Under the pieces are notes generated by a model. That model did not search any database and had not been told where the DNA came from. It worked only from the letters and a program-made list of their open reading frames with translations. Below, in pieces: positions 25,746-38,951 of a stretch of 64,000 nucleotides of DNA. Source of the stretch: Azolla caroliniana (Eukaryota > Plantae > Polypodiophyta); NCBI GenBank assembly GCA_043228905.1, contig JBHGNT010000015.1, forward strand, positions 11,904,001-11,968,000, written 5' to 3'. The translations under genes and the position numbers were made by a program. Position 1 is the first letter of the stretch; each line of letters starts with the position of its first letter.

Positions 25746-26495
25746 AATCCTCGGGCTAGAACCTTCTCGACTTTTTTATTCAGCTTCAACTGGTGTTTTG
25801 CCACTAGGGCCTTGATTTGTGCTTCGCCCATTTCATATTTGGCTCAGAGGATGTTTAAGTAGTCTTGAGATTTCGGTGTATCCCGTTCGAACTTGTCTTT
25901 GAGGATCGCACACGATGCGGTAACGTTGGTGAGTTGGGCCTCTAGCTGCTTCTGCGTGTGCATGTCGTAGCGTTGGAGATGTCAATCCGAATTATTGGCT
26001 AACTCCTGCATTTAATGTTGCTGCTCCTATTCAAGTTTGAGGGTCGTGGGGATTTGCAGCTGGTGAAGGGATTCCGCCAAGGTCGATCGTTGTTGTTCGG
26101 TTTCGTCTAACTGGTGAAGGAACCAACTTGAGCAGACCTGAAGTTCCGAAAGTTCGCTTTTCAAGGAGGCAAATTCTTCAGAGTGTTGGCAAGATGCCCG
26201 TTGATACTCTTCCTCTACTTCCACTAATTTCCCGGCTTACTACCGGAATTCATCCGATTGGTTTCGTCCAACCTCCGTTGCTCCGGTTGCGGGACTGGGA
26301 CAGTTGTTTCTGTATTCGTCTCCCTTCGGTATTCTCTGGCTAGTTCCCAACAGTCTTCTTGGGGATTCTTTCCCTTTCGGTTGTGGTGGTGGTGGTTTCG
26401 GTTCCCTTGACGTTCTAGGTACCATCTATCCTGATCTGGGTACTCCTGTCATTCCACGTATCATCTATCGTCTCTTCTATAATCTGGGGAGTAGT
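25746..26495 (-). pseudogene. Remnant of the extra coiled-coil 3' ORF of element X; continues at 20012-19653 and 14102-13715
   Basis: Minus-strand pieces PKPPPPQPKGKESP, EEFASLKSELSELQ...QQRSTLAESLHQLQ and ...EDILTILEEE*, lying between integrase and the 3' LTR. Confidence 0.6.
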
Positions 26496-29400
26496 CGTGA
26501 TTTGTGACGTGCTCGGGTCCATCAACGTGACGGTGGATGAAGACGAGATGGTTCAAATCTGCCTCAGTGGTCTACCACAATGGTACAGGCCAATCCGGAC
26601 AGCAATTTGCACCCGGGAGAAGCCATTGTCCTTCTTCGACCTACAATCGATGTTGATGGTCGAAGAAAACCATGTGAATGGGTCGAGGACCACTCAACCG
26701 GACAACCGGATCCTATACACGGAGGCGGACCGGCCCCGTGGGCGTGGAGGACAAGGTGGGTTGGCGCGCAATGGAGGCGGCCGGCAAGAGCAGAACCAAA
26801 GGCACGGAGACAGTGCCAACAGCCGTTCCGGACCCTCCACAAGAAAGGGGAGTCAAGTCGGTGCCGAAACCTGGCAATCAAAAACCGACACGGAGTGCTG
26901 GTATTGTGGCAAGAAATGACATAGAGAAAGTGACTGCTAGAAGAAGCACGCCGATTCGGATAAATTTGGATCCGGCAAGAACTGACAAGGAACCGACAAA
27001 GCTCGCACTACGTAGAAGGACCAGAACGATCTAGAACTGGGAAGACCGGTAAAGGGCCAACCTTCGTGATGAAGCACAAGGCAAACTCAATGAAGAAAAC
27101 CACTTCCGGATCGGAGGAAGTGTGGTATGTTGATTCCGGAGCGTCAAACCACATGAAGAGCCAAGAAGAGTGGTTCTCAGTTTTGGAGAAACTAGAACAA
27201 CCGGGAGTTGCCGAAACCGGAGACGACACTCCTCACCCGATTGTGCATGTCGGAGAAGTCCCTTTAAGCCATGTCGGACAAAGGGGGAAGCTGATGAATG
27301 TTCTACATGTCTCAACAATCACCAAGAACCTTGTGTCGGTCGGATAAATCGTCGACCAGGGAATGCAGGTGCGGTTTACACACCTCGGGTGCTTCATCGA
27401 GGAACAAGGCAGGATAATTGTGCAAGGGCATAGAGACGAGAGGATGTTCATCCTCGACACCAACGACGTCAGCACCACCTTGTTTGCCAAAGGACAGAAG
27501 ATTGAATCAGACATTGATCTCTGGCACAAGCAGATCAGCCACGTCAACTACCAGAGGCTTTAGGACCTGCAATCAAAACAAGTTGTTTTCGGTTTGCCAA
27601 AATTTAGCTACCGGAAGGCCCAAATTTGTGAAGCCTTCCAACTCGGGAAGCAACACTGGCTTCCATTCCCCACCGAAAGAAATCGGATCCATAACAAGCT
27701 CGACCTACTCCATTCAAATGTGTGGGAACCGACACAGAACGTTAGTCTTGGTGGGAGTCAGTGTTTTCTCTCCTTCATCAACGACTACAACCTACACACA
27801 TGGATTTACCTCATTAAGAGGAAAAGTGAGTTCTTCGACTGTTTCCGGAACCTCCAAAGCCTGGTTGAAAGGGAAATAGAAAGAAAGATTGAGTGCCTGC
27901 GATCGGATGGCGGAAAAGAATTTTTTTCCGTCCAATTCAACAGTTATCTGCAACAAAAAGGAATTCGGAGAGAATTCAGCTGCCGATACACACTGGAACA
28001 AATCGGTGTGGCCGAAAGAAAGAACTAGTCGATTGTTGACACGGCAAGGGCAATGCTGGAGGAGAAGAGCATGCCCAAATTCTGTTGGGCTGAGGCGGTT
28101 CGAATGGTTGTCTATATCCAAAACAGGATTGGGGACAAGGTGTCAGCACATGAGTTGTATTTCAAGCGGAAGCCGAATTTGAGACACCTTCGGATATTCG
28201 GTAGCATAGCATATGTGCATTGTACCGGATGAGAAGCGGAGGAAGCTGGATCCGAAATCGAAGAAGTGCATACTCATCGGCTACTCGCATGAACAGAAGG
28301 GGTATAAGTGTTATAACCCCTGGACTAAACAAGTCTGAGTAAATCGAGATGTCGAGTTTGATGAGTCAGCATCATGGTATTCCCTACCGACTCTAACTCC
28401 CACCAAAGACCCGATTCCGGAGGATGAGGCTAGTGAACCCGGAGAGGTTTAGGTAGAAGATGAAGAATTTGGTACTCTAGAAGAGAGTCCGATCTCATTC
28501 CGGCTAAGTGGGCCGAATCAACGGCTGGGTCGAAATGACCAGTCGGATGAAGAACCGGCGAGTAGTGGAGACTCTATTGTGCTCTCCCCGCGCAAGGAAT
28601 AGAGGAGACGGTTCATGCGCAAAGAAAAAGGGAAGAAGAAGATGCCAAAATACGACACTGACAGTGAAGGGTCATATCAGAGTGAATCTGATACTGGAAA
28701 GGAAGAAGGTGGATCTTTAGAAAGGAAGTCTAAACCGGACACAAAGGGCCTCAAACCGGGTAATGACAAGCTACGTTGGTCAACCCGCTAGAAGAACCCC
28801 GTAAAGAGATACAGATACAATGAGTACATGGCCAAAGAGATACAGATACAAATACAGATACAAAGAGATACAGATACAGATACAGATACTTTGGTCACTA
28901 TGCATACATGACCAAAGTGGCGGAAGTGCGTGAGCGGGAGAGTTACGCAGAAACAGCGGAAGACACAAATTGGCGTGCTGCTATAGAGGAAGAAATGCGG
29001 CCACTTGATGCCAACGACACTTGGGACCTAGTTGACCCTCCCCGACAATGTAAACCGATCGGTTGTAAGTGGCTATACATGGTGAAATACAACATTGATG
29101 GTTCGATCAACCAGTACAAGGCCTGATTAGTGGCGAAGGGATACACACAGACCCCCGAAATTGACTACGACGAGACCTTCGCTCTGGTCGTGAAGATGAC
29201 GACGGTTCGTGTGGTGATGGTGGTTGTTGCGGCCACGGGATGACATCTTCACCAAATGGATTTGAAGAATGTGTTTCTTCAGGGTGACCTTGAAGAACAA
29301 GTCTATATGATCCAACCCCCTGATTTCCAATCGGAGATGAACAAGTCGGCAATTTGCTGACTCAAGAAGTCACTTTACGATCTGAAGCAAGCCCCTCGAG

Positions 29401-32400
29401 CTTGGAATGAGAAAATCATGCACCGGTTGCGTCAGATGGGGTTTGTGGCCTCAAAGTTGGACTCTTCACTGTTCATCCGGAAAGGTTCAGACGGTCCGGT
29501 TTGTATCCTACTCTATTTGGATGATTTAGTCATCACCGGACCCGAACTCGATGAAATTGGCCAACTGAAGTCCTAGTTGTCGGACACATTCGAAATGAAG
29601 GACATGGGGGACCTTCATTATTTTCTTAGGATCGAGGTGATCTGGACTCCCGATGACATATTGCTCACAATGCCATTATGTGTTGAATATGTTGTACAAG
29701 TTTGGCATGACGAAATGTTGACCGATCTCCACATCTCTGGACCGGAACTTGAAGCTACATCCTGACTCCGGATCGGCCTGCAATGAGAAACGGTTTCGAC
29801 AAATTGTCGAAAGCCTCATATACTTGACAATCACCCGACCCGACATTAGCTATTCGGTCGGTGTGATTAGCCAGTTCATGCAGAAACCGACCGTGGAGCA
29901 TCTTCAGTGCGCTCACCGGATACTTCGGTATGTTAACGGCACTAAAGATAAGGGGTTGTTATACCGACACGGTGTCATGACGTGGCTCGCCTAGAAGCGT
30001 AGCGTTGCGCACACAAAGGATAACGTGAAAGTGAGGAAGGAATCACTGGGATTATGGACGGAAGAGACGAAAGAGTAGAGATGGAGTGAATGGAGATCAA
30101 TAAGATATGACAAAATAGGATTTTTAAGGAATATAAGATAAGACAAGATAAGATATAAAATAATATATGAGAAAGTGTATGAAATTTATAATCATTTTCA
30201 TGAAAGAGTTACAAAATGATTGTACACGTCGTTGATCCTCCAAACTTTGTCTTGCAAGGTAATCGCTCTTCTCTTTCTTGATCGTAGACCACTACAATCT
30301 TCACTTCAATATTTTGATGAAGATAAGGCTCGAACCGCCTCCCTCTTGTTGAGAGTTGACCACCACGACCGCCAAGCTAGAGCTCCACCTTTTTCTTGAC
30401 TTCTTCCTTTCTTTCTCTATTTTATGATATCTCTTATGTAATATATATTTGATTGATATCTCATACACATCTCCCTTTGATCTCCTCTTTCACCCTTTAA
30501 ATAGGTGCCCCCATGCATATGATGCATTGGAGGGTACAAGACATGCATGTGATGCATGATCGCCATTTGGCGTTCATGCATTACATGTGATGCATGATAA
30601 ACATCTCGCTCATTTGAGCTTTTATGTATGAAACAATATATGCAATAACAATAAACATGAAAATATAATTTTAAAGAGAAAGGACCTAGCCTAATGGTAG
30701 GTGTGTTGACTTTGGTGTATGAGGTTGTGGGTTTGAGTCTCAAAATACTATTGAATACAACATACAACTTTAATTTTATATCATGAAGCAAATCCTTTAT
30801 GTAATATATAGTATATATAAAGTATGTTTTATTTTATATATATTACTAGTATAGAGTAAATGGTAAGATTTGAGAGTCATGGGGTGGGGTTATTGGTTCA
30901 AGTCCTCTCTTGTTCGTGTAATATAATATATTTATCTATATATATATATTAGTTTTCTTTACATATATATCTAATATTATCATGTGTTGTTAATATTATC
31001 TTTATATATAAAACATTATCAAATGTTATTTTAGTTACGTATTTATCTTATTGTAGACTTTTAATGTGAAGCTTTCGTACTTCACGACAACGGTATAGCT
31101 GGGAAGCTTGTTGGATACACCGATGCCGACTGGGCTAGTGATGCATCGGATCGCCGATCCACCTCCGGTTACATGTTTTCTCTTGGTAGCACGACTATTG
31201 CGTGGAGCAGCAAAAAGCAGCCAACATTGGCTCTGTCGAGCACTGAGGCTAAATACCGGGGCGTTACCATTGCCACCTGTGAAGCCATCTAGCTTCGGCG
31301 ACTGTTGCGAGACCTCCAAATCGAGGTGCTGACCCCGATCCTGATCTACTGCAACAACGTAAGCAGCATATAGCTCGCCAAGAACCCCGTATCCATGCTC
31401 AGACAAAGCACATAGAAATGCACTATCACTTTGTGCATGAGCGGGTCTTGAATGGTGAAGTTGAACTTCGATATGTTCACATGGATCGGCAAGTTGCCGA
31501 CATCTTCACCAAGCCACTCGGGTGGGACAAGTTGCAGCACTATTCGGAGATGCTTGGCCTACAAAATCTCGATGTCCCACACTTGAGCGGGAGAACAGGA
31601 ATGGGAATGGATGGCACCGGACAAGGAGCTGGAGAGGAAGAAAGAACCAAGGGTGGAGATGAGAAGAAAAAGGAAGCCAAACCGACTGAAGGAGTCGGCA
31701 CATCCGAACAAGTCGGAGCAAGCGGCAGCAGCGGCAAAGTCAAGAAGGACAAAGCCGACCGAAAGAAGGCCAAGACCCGGACGTGGTCCGATGTGGTGAA
31801 GGGCCTGAAAACAGAAAATGAATCAGAGGTAACCGATTCGGACAAGAGCTTGAACAAATCGGAGGAAGCCGATTCGGTTCAACAATTTGATTCGAAGGAG
31901 TTGGATCAACTAAAGGCCAAGCGGATGAGAAGGCAGTGGAAGTCGTCACCGACACAGGGGAACCGACGTGTTGACAAGCGCCGGAGTCGTAGCAGCGAAG
32001 GAGCTGAGATGGGCCTACTGATCAGACAAGCTGACCAAGGAGGTCAAGGTGCACAAAATTGGACGGGTCGCGGGAAACGGAAACAGACCAAATGAGGAGC
32101 ATGAGCAAGGCGAGAGGACGCCAGAAGGAGCCAAAAAGGACCGGCTACTGCAGACACTGACACCACAATCCGACCTTAAGTTGAGCTTGAGGGGGAGTGT
32201 TGAGCGGGCAAGCTCAACCATATCCGGATCGGCTATATAAGCCTCAGCCAGATCGGTGAGCTAGATCGGGGAGACGGATCGGAGAGCCGTATTCTAATGT
32301 GAAGCGAAAGTCTAGTAGTAGCCTATACTTCTAGACTACTAGGTAGTTAGAGTCCTCGTAGTTAGTGTCAGCCGCTTGTATGAGCATTGAAGTACATAGT

Positions 32401-32542
32401 ACTTCTGTCAGTGCTTTTGAAGACTTGTATAAATAGTGTTGTTAAGCACGTTGTATATATACAGAATATTATTTTTCGAATATAGTTTTACGTTCTACTC
32501 TCTTTGTCTCTCCGGTGTATGCTAAGTACTCTCAGGTTTCCA
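26496..32542 (+). mobile_element. Ty1/copia element F (relative of D), 5' LTR and gag start deleted, degraded
   Basis: gag-PR-INT-RT-RH fragments collinear with D. PPT GAGGGGGAG, 3' LTR 32198-~32542. Confidence 0.9.
29973..31089 (-). mobile_element. Solo LTR (~1.1 kb), 4 bp TSD type
   Basis: TGTCATGA...TCACGACA termini, TSD ACGG. Removing it restores [11 protein letters not shown] in element F. Confidence 0.88.
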
Positions 32543-32865
32543 TTGAACATGTGTTTTATTCTCTGTTGTTACCCGGCTAAACCAGTTTTGTCAAAGCTTC
32601 CGCACATACAAACAACCAAATCAACACCATAGGTAATCGTAAACGGACTTGGCGGTAGACATGACCGTGTTATCGCGTAGTGCCTTTGCTTAGGCCCATT
32701 TCGTGCAATAGTCTGTTGCCATGATGATGTATTTGTTGCCGGTTCGGGCCGTGGCCGGTTTGAATGGGCCAACAAAATCCAAACCCCACTTCTGGAAAGG
32801 CTCTAATGGGAGAACTAGTTGGTGGGGCATACGGGCTTGTTCGGTGGGTTGGCCCATGTGCTGAC
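32543..32865 (-). pseudogene. Integrase fragment of element X
   Basis: Continues the minus-strand pol across TSD CTGAC from 49043. Confidence 0.7.
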
Positions 32866-35370
32866 TGTTGGGAAATCGGTCCCTCCGTATGGGATTCGGT
32901 TATGAATGAAGAGGACCTGGTGAGAACCGGAAGAGAATACATATTTGTAAATATGTTTTGAGTAAGCCTATTGAGGTTGTATTTGTAAATAGCCCTAAGT
33001 TCATAGTATAAATATGACTTAGGGAAGTCTCTCTGTATGTGTTATGTAGTTCTTATATTGTTGTATACAGGGAGAGAGAGATACAGAGTGATCCTCTGTT
33101 GTAACCGCTCGTTGGCGAAGATATAGAGCTCGAGGTCATTGCTTCCGAGTCTCTGTTTGTACCTTTCCTATATAGTGATAGTTTGGAGTCTGTGGGATCC
33201 CGTGGTTTTTCCCTATTAGGGTTTTCCACGTAAACACTCTGTGTATCCTCTATCATTTTTGTGTGTGTAAGTGCGCTCATTCCCTACTTCCCATTTCTGT
33301 GTTTGATTTCCATCCAAGTGATTCAACACTCGGTTGTGGCTGAGAAATATTCCGCGTTATTCTTCACAAACTGGTATCAAAGCGAACAACACATGAAATG
33401 GAAGAATCGTTCAGCAGCATGTTCAAGCTCACCGGCTCCAACTACTTAGTGTGGAAGTCGAAGATGAGGGATATGCTGGTGGTTAAAGATCTTTGGTTGC
33501 CGGTACAGTTTGAGGACAAGAGACTAGATAAGATCGATGCCATAGTGTAGGAGGTGATGCACATGAAGAAGACGGCATACATCCGGTGCTTTATCGACAT
33601 GAGCCTATGCAACAACTTCAATGAAGAGAGCAAGGCTCATGAACTCTAGGAGAAGATCGGCATCATGTTCCAGAACAAGAATGTCGTTAATTGGGTTTCC
33701 GTATTCCGGAAACTAGTGAGGCTTCGGTACCAGGATGGCTCTAGTATGGTGGAGCACATGAATCCTTCCAAGGGCTGATACATCAAGCAACCTCATTGGA
33801 AGTACCTCTCGCCGATGAGGTACTCGCATTGCTCCTCCTCGGTACCCTCCAAGATAGCTGGGAGACATTAGTTGTCACGTTGGGCAACGCCGGGCCAGAA
33901 GGAAAACAGTTGTCCCTAGCAAGTGTAAAATCAAGCTTGCTAGATGAAGAAGCTTGCCGGAAGGACCGGGAGTCTGGAACCGATCAGAAGGCCTTGGTCA
34001 CGGAAGATGACCACAACCGGTGAAGAGACCGGTATCGGAGTCCCCAAAACCGAGACAAATCGGGGACAAGGTCGAAGTCAAGGGGGAGGCTCACGTGCTT
34101 CAATTGCGGGAAGTTGGGACACTTCCAGAAGAACTGTCGGCATTTCTAGAAAGAGAAAGAGACTAGCACTACCAATTCGAAGAAGAGTTCGGACCGAAAC
34201 AGTTTGGAATGAAGAGGCCCGAATCAGAAGGGAATGTCGGCAATCGCGACAAGTGAAGAAGAACTTATGCTCATTACTGAAGAGAATAAGTTAAACCTTA
34301 CCGGCGACGAGACAATGTGGGTTGTCGATTCCGGAGCGTCGTTCCAACTTGACACCAGACCGGAGATGCTTCTCATCCTACACAGCCGGAGATCATGGTT
34401 GTGTCTGGATGGGGAATGAAGGTACATGTCAAATTATCGGCATAGGAGATGTGTTGTTGACGACATCAACCGGATGCAAGTTGTTGTTGAAGGATGTTTG
34501 ACACATTCTGAAGGTTCAACTAAACCTGATATCCACTGGTCGGCTAGATGATGAAGGCTACACGGGTAGCATCCAGAATGAAGTTATGAAGTTCAGCAAA
34601 GGGAGCCTAATAGTGGCTCGAGCCCAGAAGGTCAACACGCTATACTTGATGAATGCCCGGACATGCTGGGAAGAAGTAAACATAGCATCCGACACTGCCG
34701 GTAAGCGGATGACACTCGACAAACCGGCTGGATACAGACAAGAAACCAAACAAACCGAAGAAGGAGGAGAAGAAGAAGAAGACACCAGATATGGACAAGA
34801 TCCCAAATCGGATTCGGATGAGGAACAAATGGAGGAACCGGTAGTCAGAAACCAAGGACGGAGATATATTCTCCGAGAGAAAAGAGCCCCCCGGAGATTT
34901 CTGGATGCAGAGCATGTGTTGCTAACCGATGAGGGGGAGCAGAAAAGCTTAGAAGTAGCAAAGAGAGACACCCACAACCGCAAGTGGTTGAGTGCCATGC
35001 AGGATGAGATGGATTCCCTGCATGAGAACCACACGTATGAACTGTTGAGCGGCAAGCTCAACCGGAGCCGGATCGGCTGAATAAGCCGGAGCCGGTAAGC
35101 GAGACGGATCGGGCGAAACGGATCGGTATGACGTTGAGCAACCGAACCGGCAAGCAGTGGAGGCCGGGTACAATCCGTAACTGGAAGTCCAATCGGAAGC
35201 CTAGTATAGGATAGACTACTAGGTAGCTATAGTCTCGTAGTAAGTGTCAGATGCTCGTGTGAGCATTGAAGTACATGGTACTTCTGTCAGTCCCAAGAGG
35301 ACTTGTATAAATAGTGCTACTTAGCACAGTGTGTATACAAGGTCTTGATATAATTTTGAAATTGTGTTCT

Positions 35371-35431
<61 letters not shown>

Positions 35432-35565
35432 TGTTCTCTGTTTTACGCTTCCCTAAACACTTACGTTTTCATGGTATCAGAGCGCGAGGGTTGAGAACCT
35501 CTGCTGCAAACATTTACTCTTGAGAAGAAAACCCTAACAGGTCGAAAACAGACACAGTAGAAGAC

Positions 35566-38500
35566 ATGGATAGAGGCATGGCTACGTCGCTCCCGGTGGA
35601 CAAGCTCGACAGGAGCAACTACGCAACCTGGTCTTACAAGATGCACCAGTACCTGCTTGGACATGGGTACTGGAGTTATGTCGAAGGAGCGAATGATGCG
35701 GCGCCCGACTCGGCACACAAGGACTTCCTGGTATGGGAACAAGCAGCAAGCAGGGTGATGTACTGCTTCGCGTCCAGTGTCGGCGATCAGCTGCTCAGCC
35801 ACATCTGTGACGCCAAGACACCGAAGGATGCTTGGGGGAACCTGAAAAAGGTTTTCTCCACAAGCACCAGTGCTCGGAAGCGGCAACTCAGACAGAAGTT
35901 GAACAGTGTTCGACAGAAGAACATGTTCATGGCAGACTACACGGGTCGGATAAAGGAGATCTGCGACTCGCTCGCCTCTATCAATGTTACCGTAGAGGAA
36001 GACGAGATGGTGCAGGTATGTCTCGGAGGCCTGGCGTCCAAGTTCGGAGCGTTCCGGACTGCGGTGTGTACAAGGGAGAATACCCCCTCATTCTTCGACT
36101 TACAGTCGATGCTCCTTGTAGAGGAGAACCACGCCGGTGCATCTACCCGTGCATCCCCGGACAGCCGAATGTTGTACACGGGAACGGATCGGCTCCATGG
36201 GCGTGGTGGAAGAGGTGGGTCGGCACGCAATGGAGGCGGCCGGCAAGAGCAGGAACGGAGGCACTATGAGCGTGCCGACAGCAGTTCCGGGACTTCCACA
36301 AGCAGGGGGAGTCAAGGCGGTGCCGGAGGCCGGCAAGACAAATCCGCTACGGAATGCTGGTACTGTGGCAAAAAAGGCCACAGGGAAAGCGAGTGCTGGA
36401 AAAAGCGTGCCGATTCGGACAAATCCGGATACGGCAAGACCGGTAAGGATGGCCGGCAAAACTCGCACTACGCAAACGGATCAGGAGGATCCGGAACCGG
36501 AAAGGCCGGTAAGGGGCCAGCCTTGGTGATGAATCACAAGGCAAACTCAATGAAGAAGACCACTTCCAAAACGGAGGAAGTGTGGTATGTTGATTCCGGC
36601 GCGTCGAACCACATGACGAGGCACAAAGAGTGGTTCTCCTTTCTGGAGAAACCGGATCAACCAGGAGTAGTCGAAACCGGAGACGACACTCCTCACCCAA
36701 TCGTGCACGTCGGAGAAGTCCCTCTAAGCCACGTCAGACAGAAAGGGAAGCTGATGAACGTATTACACGTTCCGACAATCACGAAGAACCTGGTGTCCAT
36801 CGGTCAGATTGTCGACCAGGGGATGCAGGTGCGGTTTACGCACCTCGGGTGCTTCATTGAGGATGAGGGCAAAGTCATTGCGCAAGGGCGCAGAGACGGG
36901 AGGATGTTTATCCTCAACACCAATGACTTTGGCACCGCTCTGTTCGCGAAACGACAGAAGGTCGAGTCGGACATTGACCTGTGGCACAAGCGGATAGGCC
37001 ACGTCAACTACCGGAGGCTTCAAGACCTGCAAACAAAACAAGTCGTTTTTGGTTTGCCGAAGTTCAGCGGCCGGAGAGCCGACATTTGTGAAGCCTGCCA
37101 ACTTGGGAAGCAACACCGGCTTCCATTCCCGGAGCCGTAACAAGCTCGATCTCATCCATTCGGATGTGTGGGGACCGGCACAAAGTGTAAGCCTTGGCGG
37201 GAGCCGATACTTCGTCTCCTTCATCGACGACTATACTCGACATACTTGGATCTACCTCATTGAGCGGAAGAGCGAAGTCTTCGACTGTTTCCAGAGCCTT
37301 CAGAAGATGGTGGAACGGGAATCGGAGAGGAAGATCAAATGCCTTCGGTCAGATGGCGGAAAGGAATATTTTTCCGGCCAATTCACTAGTTATCTGCAGC
37401 AGAAGGGAATTCGGCGAGAGTTCAGCTGCAGATACACACCGGAGCAAAACGGTGTGACTGAAAGGAAGAACCGGACACTCGTCGAAGCGGCAAGGGCAAT
37501 GCTGGAGGAGAAGAGCATGCCCCGGTTCTACTGGGCGGAGGCGGTCCGGACGGCCGTCTACATACAAAACCGCATTGGTGACAAGATGTCAGCTCATGAG
37601 CTGTATTTCGGGCGCAAGCCGAACTTAAGACACCTTCGGATATTCGGCAGCATAGCGTATGTGCATGTGCCAGATCAGAAGCGGAGAAAGTTGGATGCAA
37701 AATCGGAAAAATGCATCCTAGTCGGCTATGCTCAAGAGCAAAAGGGGTATAAGTGCTTTAACCCCCGAACAAAGGAAGTCCGAGTTAGCCGGGATGTCGA
37801 GTTCGATGAATCGGCATCCTGGTACTCCGTACCGACTCCGACTTCCGATCCCGACCCAATGCCGGAAGATCAGGCCAGTGAGCCGGAATCAGCCCTGGCA
37901 GAGGATGATGAAGTCGGGACTCAAGATGAGAGTCCGGAATCGTTACGGTTGAGTGGACCGAACGAGCGACTGAGTCGGTTGGACCAGTCGGATGAAGAGA
38001 CGGCAAGTGGTGGAGACTCTGGCGTGCTCTCCCCGCGCAAGGAACCGAGGAAACAGTTCACGCGCAAAGAGAAGGGGAAGAGGAAGATGCCGGAATTCGA
38101 AACCGGCAACGATGAGTCGAACCGATGCGTATCCGACTCCGGAAAGGAGAAAGGCGGATCTTCGGCAACGAAGACCGAACTGGCCAAGAAGGGCCTCAAA
38201 TTAGGTGACGGTGCGTTGCGCCGATCAACCCGCCAGAAGGATCCCGTCATGCGGTACGGGTACAATGAATACATGGCGCATCATTATGCGTACATGACTA
38301 AGGTGACAGAAGTGCGTGAGCCGGAGAGCTACGCAGAAGCGGCAAAGGACGCAAATTGGCGTGCCGCCATGGACGAAGAAATGCGGGCACTCGATGCCAA
38401 CGAAACTTGGGACCTAGTTGATCCTCCCCGTCATTGTAAACCGATTGGATGCAAGTGGGTGTACAAGTTCAAGTACAACGCCGACGGTTCTGTTAACCAG

Positions 38501-38738
38501 TACAAAGCCCGGTTAGTGGCGAAGGGATACGCGCAGACCCACGGAATCGACTACGAGGAGACCTTCGCTCTTGTGGCGAAGATGACGACGGTTCGTGTGG
38601 TACTGGCGGTTGTTGCGGCAAGGGGGTGGCATCTTCACCAGATGGATGTGAAAAACGCCTTCCTTCAAGGAGAGCTTGAAGAAGAAGTCTTTATGACTCA
38701 GCCCCCCGGATTTCAATCGGAGATGAACAAGTGGGCGG
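35566..38738 (+). pseudogene. D gag-PR-INT-RT (5' part), one frameshift near 37135
   Basis: ORFs 35566-37140 and 37049-38758. Motifs [42 protein letters not shown]. Confidence 0.92.
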
Positions 38739-38906
38739 TGTCGAATACATGTGTATAATGGACGTATTCACACTATCCCGTTTTGGTCATTTATGTAATT
38801 AGCATAAAGGGTAGTTGCCCTAAGTCGGCCACTATATATAGTGACCTTGTAACCTTTTTGTAAGGTTGGCTGTTGTATTGTTGCTTTGTGAAATAAAGAG
38901 TCTTTT

Positions 38907-38951
<45 letters not shown>

